A DNA stretch of 64,000 nt from assembly GCA_964016885.1 (NCBI GenBank), contig OZ024760.1:16430001-16494000 (forward strand), read 5' to 3'. The stretch comes from Eledone cirrhosa (taxonomy: Eukaryota). Position numbers and translations under genes: made by a program. Below the pieces are notes generated by a model. The model was not told the DNA's origin. It ran no database searches and saw nothing but the letters and a program-made list of their open reading frames with translations. This document shows, piece by piece, positions 24,708 to 37,202 of this stretch. Numbering within the stretch: position 1 is the first letter of the stretch; each line of letters starts with the position of its first letter.

Positions 24708-25339
24708 ACAAAAGGGTTTTACACTAAGTGGGCTTTAAATTCGGGATCGGTAAAGTTTACAGTATATAGCGGCCCTTATTCGTTTGAAAATGGGTGTTTT
24801 GCTTTTAAAACTCGCAACAGTTGAAATAATAACATTTTTGATCTTCGTTTGATTCTCGTTTGTTTGTTTTCTTTCTTTTCTTCGGTTTTATATTATATAC
24901 ATATATATTATATATTCATTATATTTGATATGTGTTTGATATATGTTTTTGTATATATATTCATAGTTTGGTGGTGATGGTAAGTTCCTTGTAGAAATAA
25001 CCAGTAGTCTTTTAAACTACTGAAATAAACAATACACGAGGAAAAATATACTCTGCTTTCAGAGTCTATTTATACATGACTATATGTGTATATATATAGA
25101 TAGATAGAGAGAAAGGTGGGAGAGAGATGCGGAGGTTATGGGAAGATATAGACGTAAACAAAGAAAGAGGAACGCGAGAGGAGTAGTGAGAGGGAGATAT
25201 ACAGAAAGAGACAGACAGGGGGAGGAGGGGGGATGGAAAAATACTGACGGAACAGAGAGAGGGTGAACAAGTAAGTGGTAAGGGTGGTGGGCGGAAGGGG
25301 AGATCAGATGATGTTGATTGTGATGTTTTTTTTACTTAC

Positions 25340-25367
25340 AGAACATTCTTCTAGAATATTATAGAAC
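25340..25367. promoter_or_regulatory. Heat-shock element cluster
   Basis: aGAAcaTTC immediately followed by TTCtaGAAtaTTataGAA. Confidence 0.5.
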
Positions 25368-25749
25368 AAACTCTGGAATGATCTGGTAGCTTCACTGAGA
25401 CACCTAGCGGCGGTCGGCAAAAATAAAAAAAAAACACATAACACAATTACCTTCTCTTGCCCTCCTCGCTACCTTCCCCTCTCTCTCTTCCAACCTATTG
25501 TATCCTCTTCCTAACTTGCCCTGCCTTACCAGCAGTCAACGGCAGATAATTAACAGCTGGAGGTACAAGTTCTCTAGAACAATCCAGATAAAGGCAGTCC
25601 ACCCTCTATCGTTATCGTGATATATAGACTTGTTCACACGCATACACGTGAGCTGGCATTCCTACCATAACCACCACGCCTTATTTTAATCAATTTAAAA
25701 GGCGGCCGTATAGAGCTAGTAAGCGATGACAGGCTATGAGAGGTATCTA

Positions 25750-26360
25750 ATACCTATATATAGTTGGCAAGCCCTGACAGACTAGAAGTCTCTAATAGTC
25801 CTTCTATATAGCTGGTAAGCCCTGACAGACTAGAAGTCTCTAATAGTCCTTCTATATAGCTGGTAAGCCCTGACAGACTAGAAGTCTCTAATAGTCCTTC
25901 TATATAGCTGGTAAGCCCTGACAGACTAGAAGTCTCTAATAGTCCTTCTATATAGCTGGTAAGCCCTGACACACTAGAAGTCTCTAATAGTCCTTCTATA
26001 TAGCTGGTAAGCCCTGACAGACTAGAAGTCTCTAATAGTCCTTCTATATAGCTGGTAAGCCCTGACAGACTAGAAGTCTCTAATAGTCCTTCTATATAGC
26101 TGGTAAGCCCTGACACACTAGAAGTCTCTAATAGTCCTTCTATATAGCTGGTAAGCCCTGACAGACTAGAAGTCTCTAATAGTCCTTCTATATAGCTGGT
26201 AAGCCCTGACAGACTAGAAGTCTCTATTAGCCCTTATATATAGTTGGTAAGCCCTGACAGACTAGAAGTCTCTAATAGCCCTTATATATAGTTGGTAAGC
26301 CCTGACAGACTAGAAGTCTCTATTAGCCCTTATATATCAGTTTGATAAGCTCTGACAGAG
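25750..26360. repeat. 48-bp minisatellite (~12 units)
   Basis: Unit CTATATAGCTGGTAAGCCCTGACAGACTAGAAGTCTCTAATAGTCCTT. Confidence 0.95.
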
Positions 26361-27039
26361 CTGGTAAAATTTTTAGGTTGACTCGACTGCTTTTTTTTAA
26401 AAAAGACACAATTAGTCGTTTAGTTCACATATTGAGACCCCCCCAACCCATCCTATTTATTTTATAATGTATGGGAATTTCTAGTAATGTACTTTTTTTT
26501 GTCATTTATAATGTGTTTTAATGTCTAAAGAAAATTGTCACAGGAATGCTACCACTTAAAATAAAATACCGCCAGAGATAGATTAGCAAAATTTAATAAG
26601 CAAGGTGTGCTGTTGGAATAAGAGTGAAGTGTGCTGTTGGAATAAGAGTGAAGTGGTGGTGATTTCTCAAGATCTGAGATTACTTGACTCTCAGAATGAT
26701 AAAAGATAAAAAAAAAAATCAACCTTGTTAGTATCTGATGTAGTTTATGGTCGCCTGTGAGAGTTTAAAGGAGGAGACCTAGGTTTTTTTAATCTAATTT
26801 TTAACTCTCAATGTCCTCCTGTACCACATGAAACCACATTAGCAAGATATTCTTGAAAAGTACCAAACAGCACTATAACTTCATCAGATCAATAATTAAA
26901 GACTTTAGTTGATTAAAAATGTTCACAATGGTCTGTATAGTGATAAAGATGCTATAAACATTTGAATCAACAAACTTGTAAAGGTCTGGTATGAAGGTCA
27001 GTGGTCAGCTTATTGTCTAATGTCTAGAGTAGATTGACT

Positions 27040-27460
27040 TGGTCAGCTTATTGTGTGATATCAAGAGTAGATTGCCTTGGTCAGGCTTTTGTGTGATATT
27101 CGGTAATATCGCTATGGGGCATATAGATCACACTGGCCATTCTATTATGTGATATCCAGTAATATTACTAGATCACCCTGGTCATCCTATTGTATAATAT
27201 CGAATAATATAACTAGATCCCCCTGGTCATCCTATTGTGTGATATCCAGTAACATTGTTAGATCACCCTGGTGATTCTATTTTGTGATATCCAGTAAGTA
27301 ATATTACTAGATAACCCTGGTCACCCTATTGTGTGATATCCAGTAACATTACTAGATAATCCTTGTCATTCTATCATGTGATATTCTATTGTGTGATAGC
27401 CAGTAATATCACTATGGGGCTTGTAAATAACCCTGGTCAACATATTGTGTGATGGCCCTG
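27040..27460. repeat. Degenerate ~42-bp minisatellite
   Basis: Recurrent CTATTGTGTGATATCCAGTAACATTACTAGATCACCCTGGTCAT. Confidence 0.75.
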
Positions 27461-27750
27461 GTGAACCCATTGAATTACTGGTATATCTCCAGTCATCTCA
27501 GCCAACCTTATCATTACTGTAACCCTAAAAAAAAAACAAAAAAAAAACCCACACCATTTTTTACACCTTTCACAATGCTTCAATCAAACAACAACATCCA
27601 ATTAACAAAAGGTATTTATCCCAGCATATTTATTCCTTTCATCTACTCCATTGCCTTTGTACACACAGGTAAATCAATAACTTATTAACAAAGAGAAAAG
27701 AAAAAAAAATTTAATAAAGTCTGTATTTCTCTTTAAATATTCCAGTTTCG

Positions 27751-27828
27751 TCATGGAAATTCCTCAGGTAATTTGTCAGTCTTTTTCTCTCTGTCTTGGT
27801 TTGATATCCACCTTGTGACAAACATTTC
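27751..27828 (-). CDS. TSEN2: TSEN2 coding exon 9 (last)
   Basis: ctccag|[31 protein letters not shown] on the minus strand at 27634-27629. Confidence 0.88.
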   Translation of the reverse strand, partial: EMFVTRWISNQDREKKTDKLPEEFP

Positions 27829-30800
27829 CTGGAGATAGATAAATAGATAAACAGATGAGATATCTATATGAATAGATAAACAGATAAGATAGATAAATAG
27901 ATAGACAGATAGATTGGTAGTTAGATAGAAAGAATGGTTAACAGATTGGTAGATAGATAGATAGATAGAGAGGCAGACAGATAGAGTGGTAGATAGATAG
28001 TGTGGTAGATAGATAGAATGACAGATAGATAGATAAGCAGATGGATTGGTAGATCAAAGAATAGAGTGATAGACAGGGATATAGTGGTAGACGGATAGAT
28101 AAACAGGTAGAGAGTGAGGACTATTTCCTGGAGATAGATAAATATAGATGATTATTGGAGCTGTAAGACAAACATTGAGTTACACAAACACACAAGCACC
28201 CAGCCCACACTGTAAAGTGGTCGTGTAGGTGTCACGACAGAAAGTGCCCAGCCCATACTGTAAGGTTGTCATGTAGATGTCATGACAAAAAGCACCTAAT
28301 ACACACTGTAAATGTGGTTGGTGTTAGGAAGGGCATCCAGCAATAGAAACCAAGCCCAAATCAGTTCAGTATGAACAAGACACGGTCATCTGACCTGGCT
28401 TGTCTCACAACGGGACAACTCGTCTAACCCATGCTAGCGTGGAAAATGGATGTGTGGTGAGGATGTTGATGATACACACCTGGATTTTAAATCTGGAGAT
28501 ACAGTTTGGTGAGAGAAGTTCATTTTCTGTTATATTTTTAGGTTTTATCACATAACAAAACATCAGTTGCTGGAAAAACAACAAAAATAGAACATATTTT
28601 AATGTTTATTTAAGGAAGAGCAAATAGTTTGGTGTGAGAGGAATTCAAATACATAAAGATACACACACAAACAGTTCTGTGTGAGCAAGACACGGTCACC
28701 TGACCCAACTTGCCTCAAATGAGACAACCCGTCTAACCCATGCTAGTGTGGAAAAATGAATGTAGAGATCAGAGCTCCGATACTATGGGGATGTGGTTAG
28801 AATGTCTCAGTAAAGAATCACTGGATAGTTTTTACAGGCAAAACAAACCAGCAAGAGACCCAGGGGCAGACCCCAAGCAAGATGGTTGGATAACATCCAT
28901 GAACTTGGCTGGTCTCGCTTAGGGATCCAGCCAAATCAGTTAAAGATGATTGCTTTTGACAGGACCCGCTAGACGGAGTGCTTCAGGACTCTGCCCCCAT
29001 GACCCTCTCAGGAAGAACTGGGTGAAGTTGAATGAGTTTAAATATACACACACACACGAGTGTCTGGAGTATGAGGACCGAGAAGACCACGAACCAGAGT
29101 AGAAGAAGCTTGAAGAGGCCACAAGGTGAAACCGCTTGAACTTGCAGTCGAATCTTAACCCCATTAATAGCATCCAGACATAGACACCAAGCCAGAAACA
29201 TTTCTGTATGAGCAAGACACGGTCATCTGACCTGACTTGTCTCAAATGTGGCGCTTATGGGCTTTCAAGTGGCACAAAAGGTGGAAGACAATCCTAGGAA
29301 TGGAAAGCCTTTAATGAGCATGACTGAGGCTAATGTTGAGCACGTGAGGCAGGTGGTGTGTGGCAATTGTCGGCAGACTGTTCGACTGATCACAAATGAG
29401 CTGGGCATGAACCGCAACAGCATTTGGAAAGTTATCACTGAAGATCTGCATAAAGATGTATAGATGTTTGCTTGTTAATCTTTTTGCATTTACATTACAC
29501 TATATTTACTAATGTATTTTCATGGTAAACACTTTATTTCACATAATTATTTCACATATCAAAGCTTTGAGATTTTGATATTATTTATTTTGAGAACAAT
29601 ACCTTAACATCAGTAAGAGTGGCCGGTTATGACCAGTTTGAATAGAAAGAGATGAGAGAATTCTGGCCAAATACAGTCAGTTTAAATGCTAAAGAGTTAA
29701 AGTGTTAAAAGATGACCACTTACTTTACTGACATGTTCATTCATGCGGTCAAGCCCAGCCAGTGTGATCCAGTCCATATTTCGGACAGTCCTTTGGTGGT
29801 CTTCTTCCAGTGATCCTTCTTCCACCATAAATACTAGCACAGAGTAAGTGGCATGGTAGAATAACTGACCTTCTTTGTACAAGACTGAAACAGAATCATG
29901 TAATAATTATTTCTACTTTTGGCACAAGGCCGGCAATTACCCAGTGCATTACTGGTACTTTATTTTATCGACCCCGTAAGGATGAAAAGCAAAGTTAACC
30001 TCAGCGGGATTTGAACTCAGACCATGAAGGGCGGTAACTCTTTGCTGCAAAGCATGGTGTCCGCCCCTCTACCGATACTGCCAATCCACCGCCCTTTCAT
30101 GTAATAATAATAATAATAATAATAATGGTTTATGATTTAGGCACAAGGCCAGCAATTATGGGGGAGGGGAAAGTCAATTAAATCGACCCCAGTGCGTGAC
30201 TGGTACTTTATTTTATCGACCCCCGTAAGGATGAAAGGCAAAGTTAACCTCGGCGAGATTTGAACTCAGGACATAAAGGGCCATAACTCTATGCTGCAAA
30301 GCATGGTGTCTGATGCTCTACCAATTCTGTCAATAACAATAATAATTGTTTCTACATTTTGGCACAAAGCCAGCAAATAACCCAGTACGTTACTGGTACT
30401 TTATTTTATCGACTCCGCAAAGGGCCATAAGTCTATGCTGCAAAGTATGGCGTCCGACCCTCTACCAATCATAATGATTTGTTTTATTTGCTACATGACC
30501 ATTGGGAGGAGACATCATATAGGGATAGTTTATATAGAAATGAGAAAAAGGGGTAACATGTTTATGATTATATGAGGCATTCAGTCCTCCTGGTACTGAG
30601 AGCTGAACACAAACTATTTCTATATTAAGGACAGCACAGGATGATGTGTAAAAATATATGAAAACTTACTGTATTCAGATCCATATTTTATTCCTGGTTT
30701 TGGGATCCACCCTTGACTTCTGTAATAATGGTAGGCAATATATTTGGCAAGAAAGTCAGATCTCCATTGGTAAAATGTTTTCCACAATTCAGAAATTTTC

Positions 30801-33800
30801 AGTGGATTCTAAAAAAACAGTACATAAAATGAATTAATAAATAATTAGTAAAGAATTTAAATAATGAATTATATTTCTGTCAAAGGTCGGAGATCAGAGA
30901 GTCACACCAGGTAGAGCTGCTACTTCTCCGATTTGAGAGATCACAGCTCCAATACTATGGGTGTGTGGTTAGAATATCTCAGGAATGAATCACTGGATAG
31001 ACTTGTAGCTTGGAGATCAGAGAGTCACTCCAAGTAGAGCCGCTACTTGTCTGAATTGAGAGATCACAGCTCCGATACTATGGGTGTGTGGTTAGAATGT
31101 CTGAGGAATGAATCACTGGACAGACTTGTAGCTTGGAGATCAGAGAGTCACTCCAAGTAGAGCCGCTACTTGTCTGAATTGAGAGATCACAGCTCAGATA
31201 CTATGAGCATGTGGTTAGAATGTCTCAGGAAAGAATTGCTGGAGAGTCACTTCAGGTAGAGCCGCTACTTCTCCAAATTCAGGGATCACAGCTAATGTCT
31301 CAGGAAAGAATCGCTGGACAGATTTTATGGGCAAAAGCAATTGGCAGGAGACCCAGAGCAAGTTGGTTGGATAACATCCATGAGCTTGGTTGGTCTCGCT
31401 TGGGGATTCTGCCTCCTACGACCCTCTGTGACTAATTTGTTATTTTGTGTATCTCCTTTGTTCTGTCCCACACCATCTTGTTTTTGACAGTTTTTGTATG
31501 GAAAATAATACGAAAAATAAAAAAAAGGGTTTTTACTTACACCTTGACTATCTTTGATGAGCAAACAACCAAGGCCATAAGCCAGAAAGAAAGCCTGAAG
31601 AATGAAATACAAAAATAGGGTTATTAGAATTATTACGAGCAAAACCAACCGGCAGGAGACCCAGGGGTAGACCTGGAGCAAGATGGTTGGATAACATCCA
31701 TGAACTTGGCTGGTCTCACTTGGGGATCCAGCCGGACCAGTTAGAGGTGGTTACTTCTAACAGGACCCACTGGCGGGAGTGTTTGAGGATTCTGTGCCCA
31801 TCAGGAATAAGTGGGTGAAGAAAAGAAGAGCAGACATAAAACTAAAATATTCATACATACTAACAACAGACACCACATACACAGAACCACACAATTGACA
31901 CATACATCACATACACATGCACATAGTGCTAATACATGCTCTGTGTGTATATGGGACCTCAGTTAGTTGCACCCTTAGTATAGTTCTCAGGGAGATTCAG
32001 CATGACACAGGGAGTGCAACTCATTTGTTTCCAGCTGAGCTGACCGGCACAATGTGAAATAAAATATCTGGCTCAAGAACAAAATACATCACCGGGAATC
32101 GAATACTTCACCTTATGATTGCAAGTTAAACACCCTAACCACTAAGCCACAGGCCTTCACACAAACACATCCACACATACAAGGTATATATTTCCCCTCT
32201 AGATGGCAGTAGTAAACACATTATTGTTATTTTTTCTATGTACCTCTTCATATGTCAGCAGAAGTGCCTCCTCCACAGAATATGGATCTTTTTTCAGACT
32301 GGGCAGCCACTGGGTGGATTGTCTGGAGTTGTCTTCTGTATTTTCAGATTCCAGTTGACGTCGATCCACCACAAAAGTATCAGCAGCATCTTCATCAATT
32401 TTACACATTGAATGTAAAGAAATCTTCTTTATCTAGAACAACAGCAAAATTAATAATAATAGTTTCTACTTTTGGCACAAGGCCAGCAATTTGAAGTTAT
32501 CCTCCTCCAATCTACATGTGTATACTCAGAGTAGGCCTGTTTATTCGAACCATGCTAACTACTCTTATCTCGCACAGCCACTTTATATGATGGTCGACTG
32601 GGTGTTTTTTTATCGTGGGACAAGCTCTGTCACTTTACAAGGTGGACTGGGTGATATTTATCTTGACACCAACACTGCTTCTTTACAAGGTGGACTGGAT
32701 GCTTTTATCATGGCATCAAGCACGACTTCATTATAAGGTGGACTGGGTGCTTTTTATCATGACACCAGCACTACCACTTTACAAGGTGGACTGGGAACTT
32801 TTTATCATGACACCAGCACTACCACTTTAAAAGGTGGACTGGGTGCTTTTTATGACACCAGCACTACCACTTTACAAGGTGGACTGGGTGCTTTGTATCA
32901 TGACACCAGCACTACCACTTTAAAAGGTGGACTGGGAGCTTTTTATCATGACACCAGCACTACCACTTTACAAGGAGGACTGGATTGCTTTTTATCATGA
33001 CACCAGCACTACTACATAACAGGGTGGATTGGGAGCTTTTTATCAAGACACAAGCACTACCACTTTACAAGGTGGACTGGGAACTTTTTATCATGACACC
33101 AGCACTACCACATAACAGGGTGGATTGGGAGCTTTTTATCATGACACCAGCACTACCACTTTACAAGGTGGACTGGGTGCTTTTTATCATGACACCAGCA
33201 CTACCACTTTACAAGGTGGACTGGGAACTTTTTATCATGACACCAGCACTACTACATAACAGGGTGGATTGGGAGCTTTTTATCAAGACACCAGCACTAC
33301 CACTTTACAAGGTGGACTGGGTGCTTTTTATCATGACACCAGCACTACCACTTTACAAGGTGGACTGGGAACTTTTTATCATGACACCAGCACTACCACT
33401 TTAAAAGGTGGACTGGGTGCTTTTTATGACACCAGCACTACCACTTTACAAGGTGGACTGGGTGCTTTGTATCATGACACCAGCACTACCACTTTAAAAG
33501 GTGGACTGGGAGCTTTTTATCATGACACCAGCACTACCACTTTACAAGGAGGACTGGATTGCTTTTTATCATGACACCAGCACTACCACTTTACAAGGTG
33601 GACTGGGTGCTTTTTATCATGACACCAGCACTACCACTTTACAAGGTGGACTGGGAACTTTTTATCATGACACCAGCACTACCACTTTACAAGGTGGACT
33701 GGGTGCTTTTTATCATGACACCAGCACTACCACATAACAGGGTGGATTGGGAGCTTTTTATCAAGACACCAGCACTACCTCTTTACAAGGTGGACTGGGA

Positions 33801-35457
33801 ACTTTTTATCATGACACCAGCACTACCACATAACAGGGTGGATTGGGAGCTTTTTATCATGACACCAGCACTACCACTTTACAAGGTGGACTGGGAACTT
33901 TTTATCATGACACCAGCACTACCACTTTACAAGGTGGACTGGGTACTTTTATTATGGCACCCTCACTACCACTTTACAAGGTGGACCGGGTGCTTTTATT
34001 ATGGCACCAGCAGTGCCACTTTATAAGGTGAACGGGTGCTTTTCATTGTGGCACCAGCACTGCCACATTACAGGGTGGACTGGGTGCTCTTTATTGTAGG
34101 GCCAGCTCTGCCACTTTACAAGGTGGACTGGGTACTTTTCATCAATGCATCAACAATTACATGATTAACAGGGTGGACCGGGTGCTTTTTATTGTGGTAC
34201 CAGCAATTACACATCTCTTCCGATGTTAAAAGACATTTCTACTTACTTGCTTCAATGGATTTGTGTCTTTAGAATGTTCTAGAGTAGATTCTTGTGTTTT
34301 TGTCCCATCATTGGACTGGGTCTGGGACAGTACTTCAGGGAGGACTTCATTCTCAACATCACAGCCATCAGCAGCAGTATGATCCTTCTTATCACCATCA
34401 TCATCATCATCACCTCCATCATTAACAGCACCACTGTCACCATCATCATCATGACCAACATCAACATCTGCAGCAGTGTGGTTGGCCCCACCCCCACCAC
34501 CGCCATCATCACTATTGTCATCATCATCATGACCAACATCAACAACATCTGCAGCAGTATGGTTGTCCCCACCCCCACCAGCACCACCATCATCATCACT
34601 ATTGTCACCAACATCATCATGACCAACATCAACAACATCTGCAGCAGTATGGTTGTCCCCACCCCCACCAGCACCACCATCATCATCACTATTGTCACCA
34701 ACATCATCATGACCAACATCAACAACATCTGCAGCAGTATGGTTGTCCCCACCCCCACCAGCACCACCATCATCATCACTATTGTCACCAACATCATCAT
34801 GACCAACATCAACAACATCTGCAGCAGTATGGTTGTCCCCACCCCCACCAGCACCACCATCATCATCACTATTGTCACCAACATCATCATCATCATCCAA
34901 CAGGGACAAGTCATCAGTTAAAGCACATTTTTTCCATTTATGGTGAGTGAAATACCTAGGACAATTAGAAATATATGCTTTGTAAATATATATATACACA
35001 TGTATGTTTACACACACACACACACACATATATATATAAGGGTATGTCAATATTTATTTATAAAACTAACCTATATTATATTTTATCTGATGAAAGCGCA
35101 CCATAGTTTGCTCTGGTGGCCCTTGAAATATGTATAATGAAATAAATATGGTTTTATAAATATAGTTTCCATTTGTTAATATATTGTATATATATATATA
35201 TATATACACATACATATATATACATATACATACATATATATATATATATACATGTATATATATATATACATGTATATATATATACATACATATATATATA
35301 TATATATACATACATATATACATACATATATATATATATATACATATATACATACACTATACATATGTATATATATACACTATACATATATATATATATA
35401 TACATACACTATACATATATACACGTACATATATATACATACACTATACATATATAC

Positions 35458-35488
<31 letters not shown>

Positions 35489-36952
35489 CACATATACATA
35501 CATATATATATATACATATATACATACACATATATATATACACTATACATATATATATACACACTCTAGGGTCTCGAATAACCCCCCCCCCCCCCCCCGC
35601 TTATTAAATTTCAGAACCACAATTTAAAAAAATCTTTTTTAGAGAAGGACCTCAAATTTTATATAGCTTTGGGCATCAACAGGTGAAAGTCTGGCCCAGT
35701 CTATACCGTTAGGACAACAACAACAACACCAATAACAACAACAATTATGATATCTATTTTTTTACCTGCCGAGTTTCATAATCTTGAGTTGGATCAGTTT
35801 GTTGTCTTTTGGAATGTGAATAACTGGTTGAAGGTTCTGGAATTCAGGTAAACTCCGAGACATGGTTCCTTTGCCAAAACATCCCTGGAATATATAAAAT
35901 ATTTCTTACAGTGAAATACGGAATTAATGAGATTTAAAAGAAGTACTAATGGAGGCACATGGCTTAGTGGCTAGAGCATTGGCCTTGCAATCGAAAGGTT
36001 GTGAGTTCAATTCTCAGACCGGGTGATGTGTTGTTTCCTTGAGCAAGACACTTTATTTCACATTGCCCCAGTTTACTCAGCTGTAGAAATGAGATGATAG
36101 GGACTGGGGTCCCTATCATTCCACTGCAAAGTGGTCGTGGAGGTGCCACGGCAAAAAAGCACCCAGCACTCACTGTAAATGAGGTTGGTGTTAGGAAGGG
36201 CATCCAGCTGTAGAGATCAAGCCAGAATCAGTTCCCCGTCCCACCCTTGCAAGCAGGGAAAAGCGGACGTAAAATGAAATGATGACTGTATTTCCCGGCG
36301 CCGAAGACGCTTCATCCTCGAGGACAGACCCTAATCTTGATAACCAAAAATTTGAAAAAAAAATAATAAACAACCTTCGGCCTCCAGGATGCATGGTAGA
36401 TTTTTGAGACTTACTTTAGGGAAAAACGTAGCGCTTTCTATGCCGGGAAATATGGTATATTAATCTATGACATGTTCTATCCGACAGGCTGAGGCCATGC
36501 TGGGGCACCACTATTATATATATATATATATATATATATATTTTTATTTATGTAATAAACAACACAATACAAAGGCAAAGTTAACCCCCGGCGGGATTTG
36601 AACTCAGATCATAAAGGGACGTAACTCTATGCTTCAAAGCATGGTGTCCGACTCTCTAATGATGATGATGATGATGATGACAGTGATGATGATGGTGATG
36701 ACAATACTGTCAATAATGATGACAGTGATGATCGTGATAGATGAAAAGGGTTAGTTAGCAAACCTTTGTATATAGATCATAGGCATCCCCGGAATATTCC
36801 ACAATCACATGGTTGCCCTGGAGTTTTCCACTGTAGTAAGACCACTTCCTGGACTTAGAAGTTGGGAGAGGAAATGGTGCAAAACTATGTTCCGTTCGTC
36901 GACGTTTCTTCCTCCGAGGAACTGGAAACTTCACTGCCAAAGTCTGCGACAT
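27751..36952 (-). CDS. TSEN2: tRNA-splicing endonuclease subunit Sen2, 9 coding exons, 575 aa
   Basis: Exons 36952-36764, 35884-35766, 34955-34247, 32432-32244, 31594-31541, 30808-30670, 29884-29724, 28569-28480, 27828-27751. All introns are GT-AG with consistent phases; 1728 nt total. Motifs [41 protein letters not shown], the catalytic Tyr/His in [13 protein letters not shown] and the catalytic Lys in VSK. Confidence 0.93.
28480..28569 (-). CDS. TSEN2: TSEN2 coding exon 8
   Basis: [30 protein letters not shown]|gtgtgt. Confidence 0.9.
28765..29030 (+). mobile_element. RTE-LINE 3' fragment
   Basis: Homologous to 2692-3435. Confidence 0.7.
29248..29455 (+). mobile_element. Mariner transposase fragment (second HTH region)
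   Basis: [10 protein letters not shown]...[37 protein letters not shown] resembles the mariner D..RSGRP...DRRLTVR.IA.ELG...V..IL.EDL region. Confidence 0.75.
29479..29696. mobile_element. piggyBac-type MITE
   Basis: TTAA-flanked; same body as the other copies. Confidence 0.75.
29724..29884 (-). CDS. TSEN2: TSEN2 coding exon 7 (catalytic Y, H, K)
   Basis: (I)[17 protein letters not shown]...[16 protein letters not shown]|gtaagt. Confidence 0.93.
30670..30808 (-). CDS. TSEN2: TSEN2 coding exon 6
   Basis: [46 protein letters not shown]|gtaagt. Confidence 0.93.
30888..31830 (+). mobile_element. RTE-LINE 3' fragments with ~124-bp internal tandem duplications, on both sides of TSEN2 exon 5
   Basis: 30888-31432 and 31638-31830 are homologous to 2692-3435. 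Confidence 0.7.
31541..31594 (-). CDS. TSEN2: TSEN2 coding exon 5
   Basis: cttcag|[18 protein letters not shown]|gtaagt. Confidence 0.9.
32244..32432 (-). CDS. TSEN2: TSEN2 coding exon 4
   Basis: ttctag|[15 protein letters not shown]...[15 protein letters not shown]|gtacat. Confidence 0.85.
32590..34205. repeat. 48-bp minisatellite (~33 units) filling most of TSEN2 intron 3
   Basis: Unit GGTGGACTGGGTGCTTTTTATCATGACACCAGCACTACCACTTTACAA. Confidence 0.95.
34247..34955 (-). CDS. TSEN2: TSEN2 coding exon 3, with a 90-bp coding tandem repeat
   Basis: cctag|(R)YFTHHKWKK...([30 protein letters not shown])x4...NPLKQ|gtaagt. Phases 2/0 fit the neighbouring exons. Confidence 0.82.
35185..35562. repeat. 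(TA)/(CA) microsatellite
   Basis: Direct inspection. Confidence 0.95.
35766..35884 (-). CDS. TSEN2: TSEN2 coding exon 2
   Basis: ttccag|[20 protein letters not shown]...MKLG(R)|gtaaa. Confidence 0.92.
35950..36285 (+). mobile_element. tRNA-derived SINE family B
   Basis: Full head, body and tail as at 16265-16617. Confidence 0.85.
36286..36455. mobile_element. pogo/Tigger-type MITE
   Basis: TIR CTGTATTTCCCGGC/GCCGGGAAATATGG. Partial relative at 20965-21145. Confidence 0.6.
36764..36952 (-). CDS. TSEN2: TSEN2 first coding exon
   Basis: cattag|aata[21 protein letters not shown]...PFPLP...[18 protein letters not shown]|gtttgc. The acceptor at 36957 implies an upstream non-coding exon. Confidence 0.9.
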
Positions 36953-36994
36953 TATTCTAATGATGAGGAAGAAAATAAAATAATAGTCTTTTAA

Positions 36995-37202
36995 TCCTTT
37001 AGCATTTAAACTGGCCATATCTGGCTAGAATTCTCTCACCTCTTTCTGTTCAAACCGACTGTAACCAGCCACTCATACTGATGTTAAGGTATTGTTCTCA
37101 AAATAAATAATATAAAAATCTCATAAATTCAATATTATGTGAGATAAAGCCTTTACTGTGAAAATACAATAGTAAATATACAGTAATGTAAATACTAAAG
37201 GG
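36995..37202. mobile_element. piggyBac-type MITE
   Basis: TTAA-flanked; TIRs present. Confidence 0.8.

Noticed and set aside
32590-34205. Regular 48-bp arrays (also 17040 and 25750) as CRISPR arrays or repeat proteins
   Set aside because: Head-to-tail units with no unique spacers, no cas genes, and a eukaryotic intron context. The ORFs are long only because 48 is divisible by 3.
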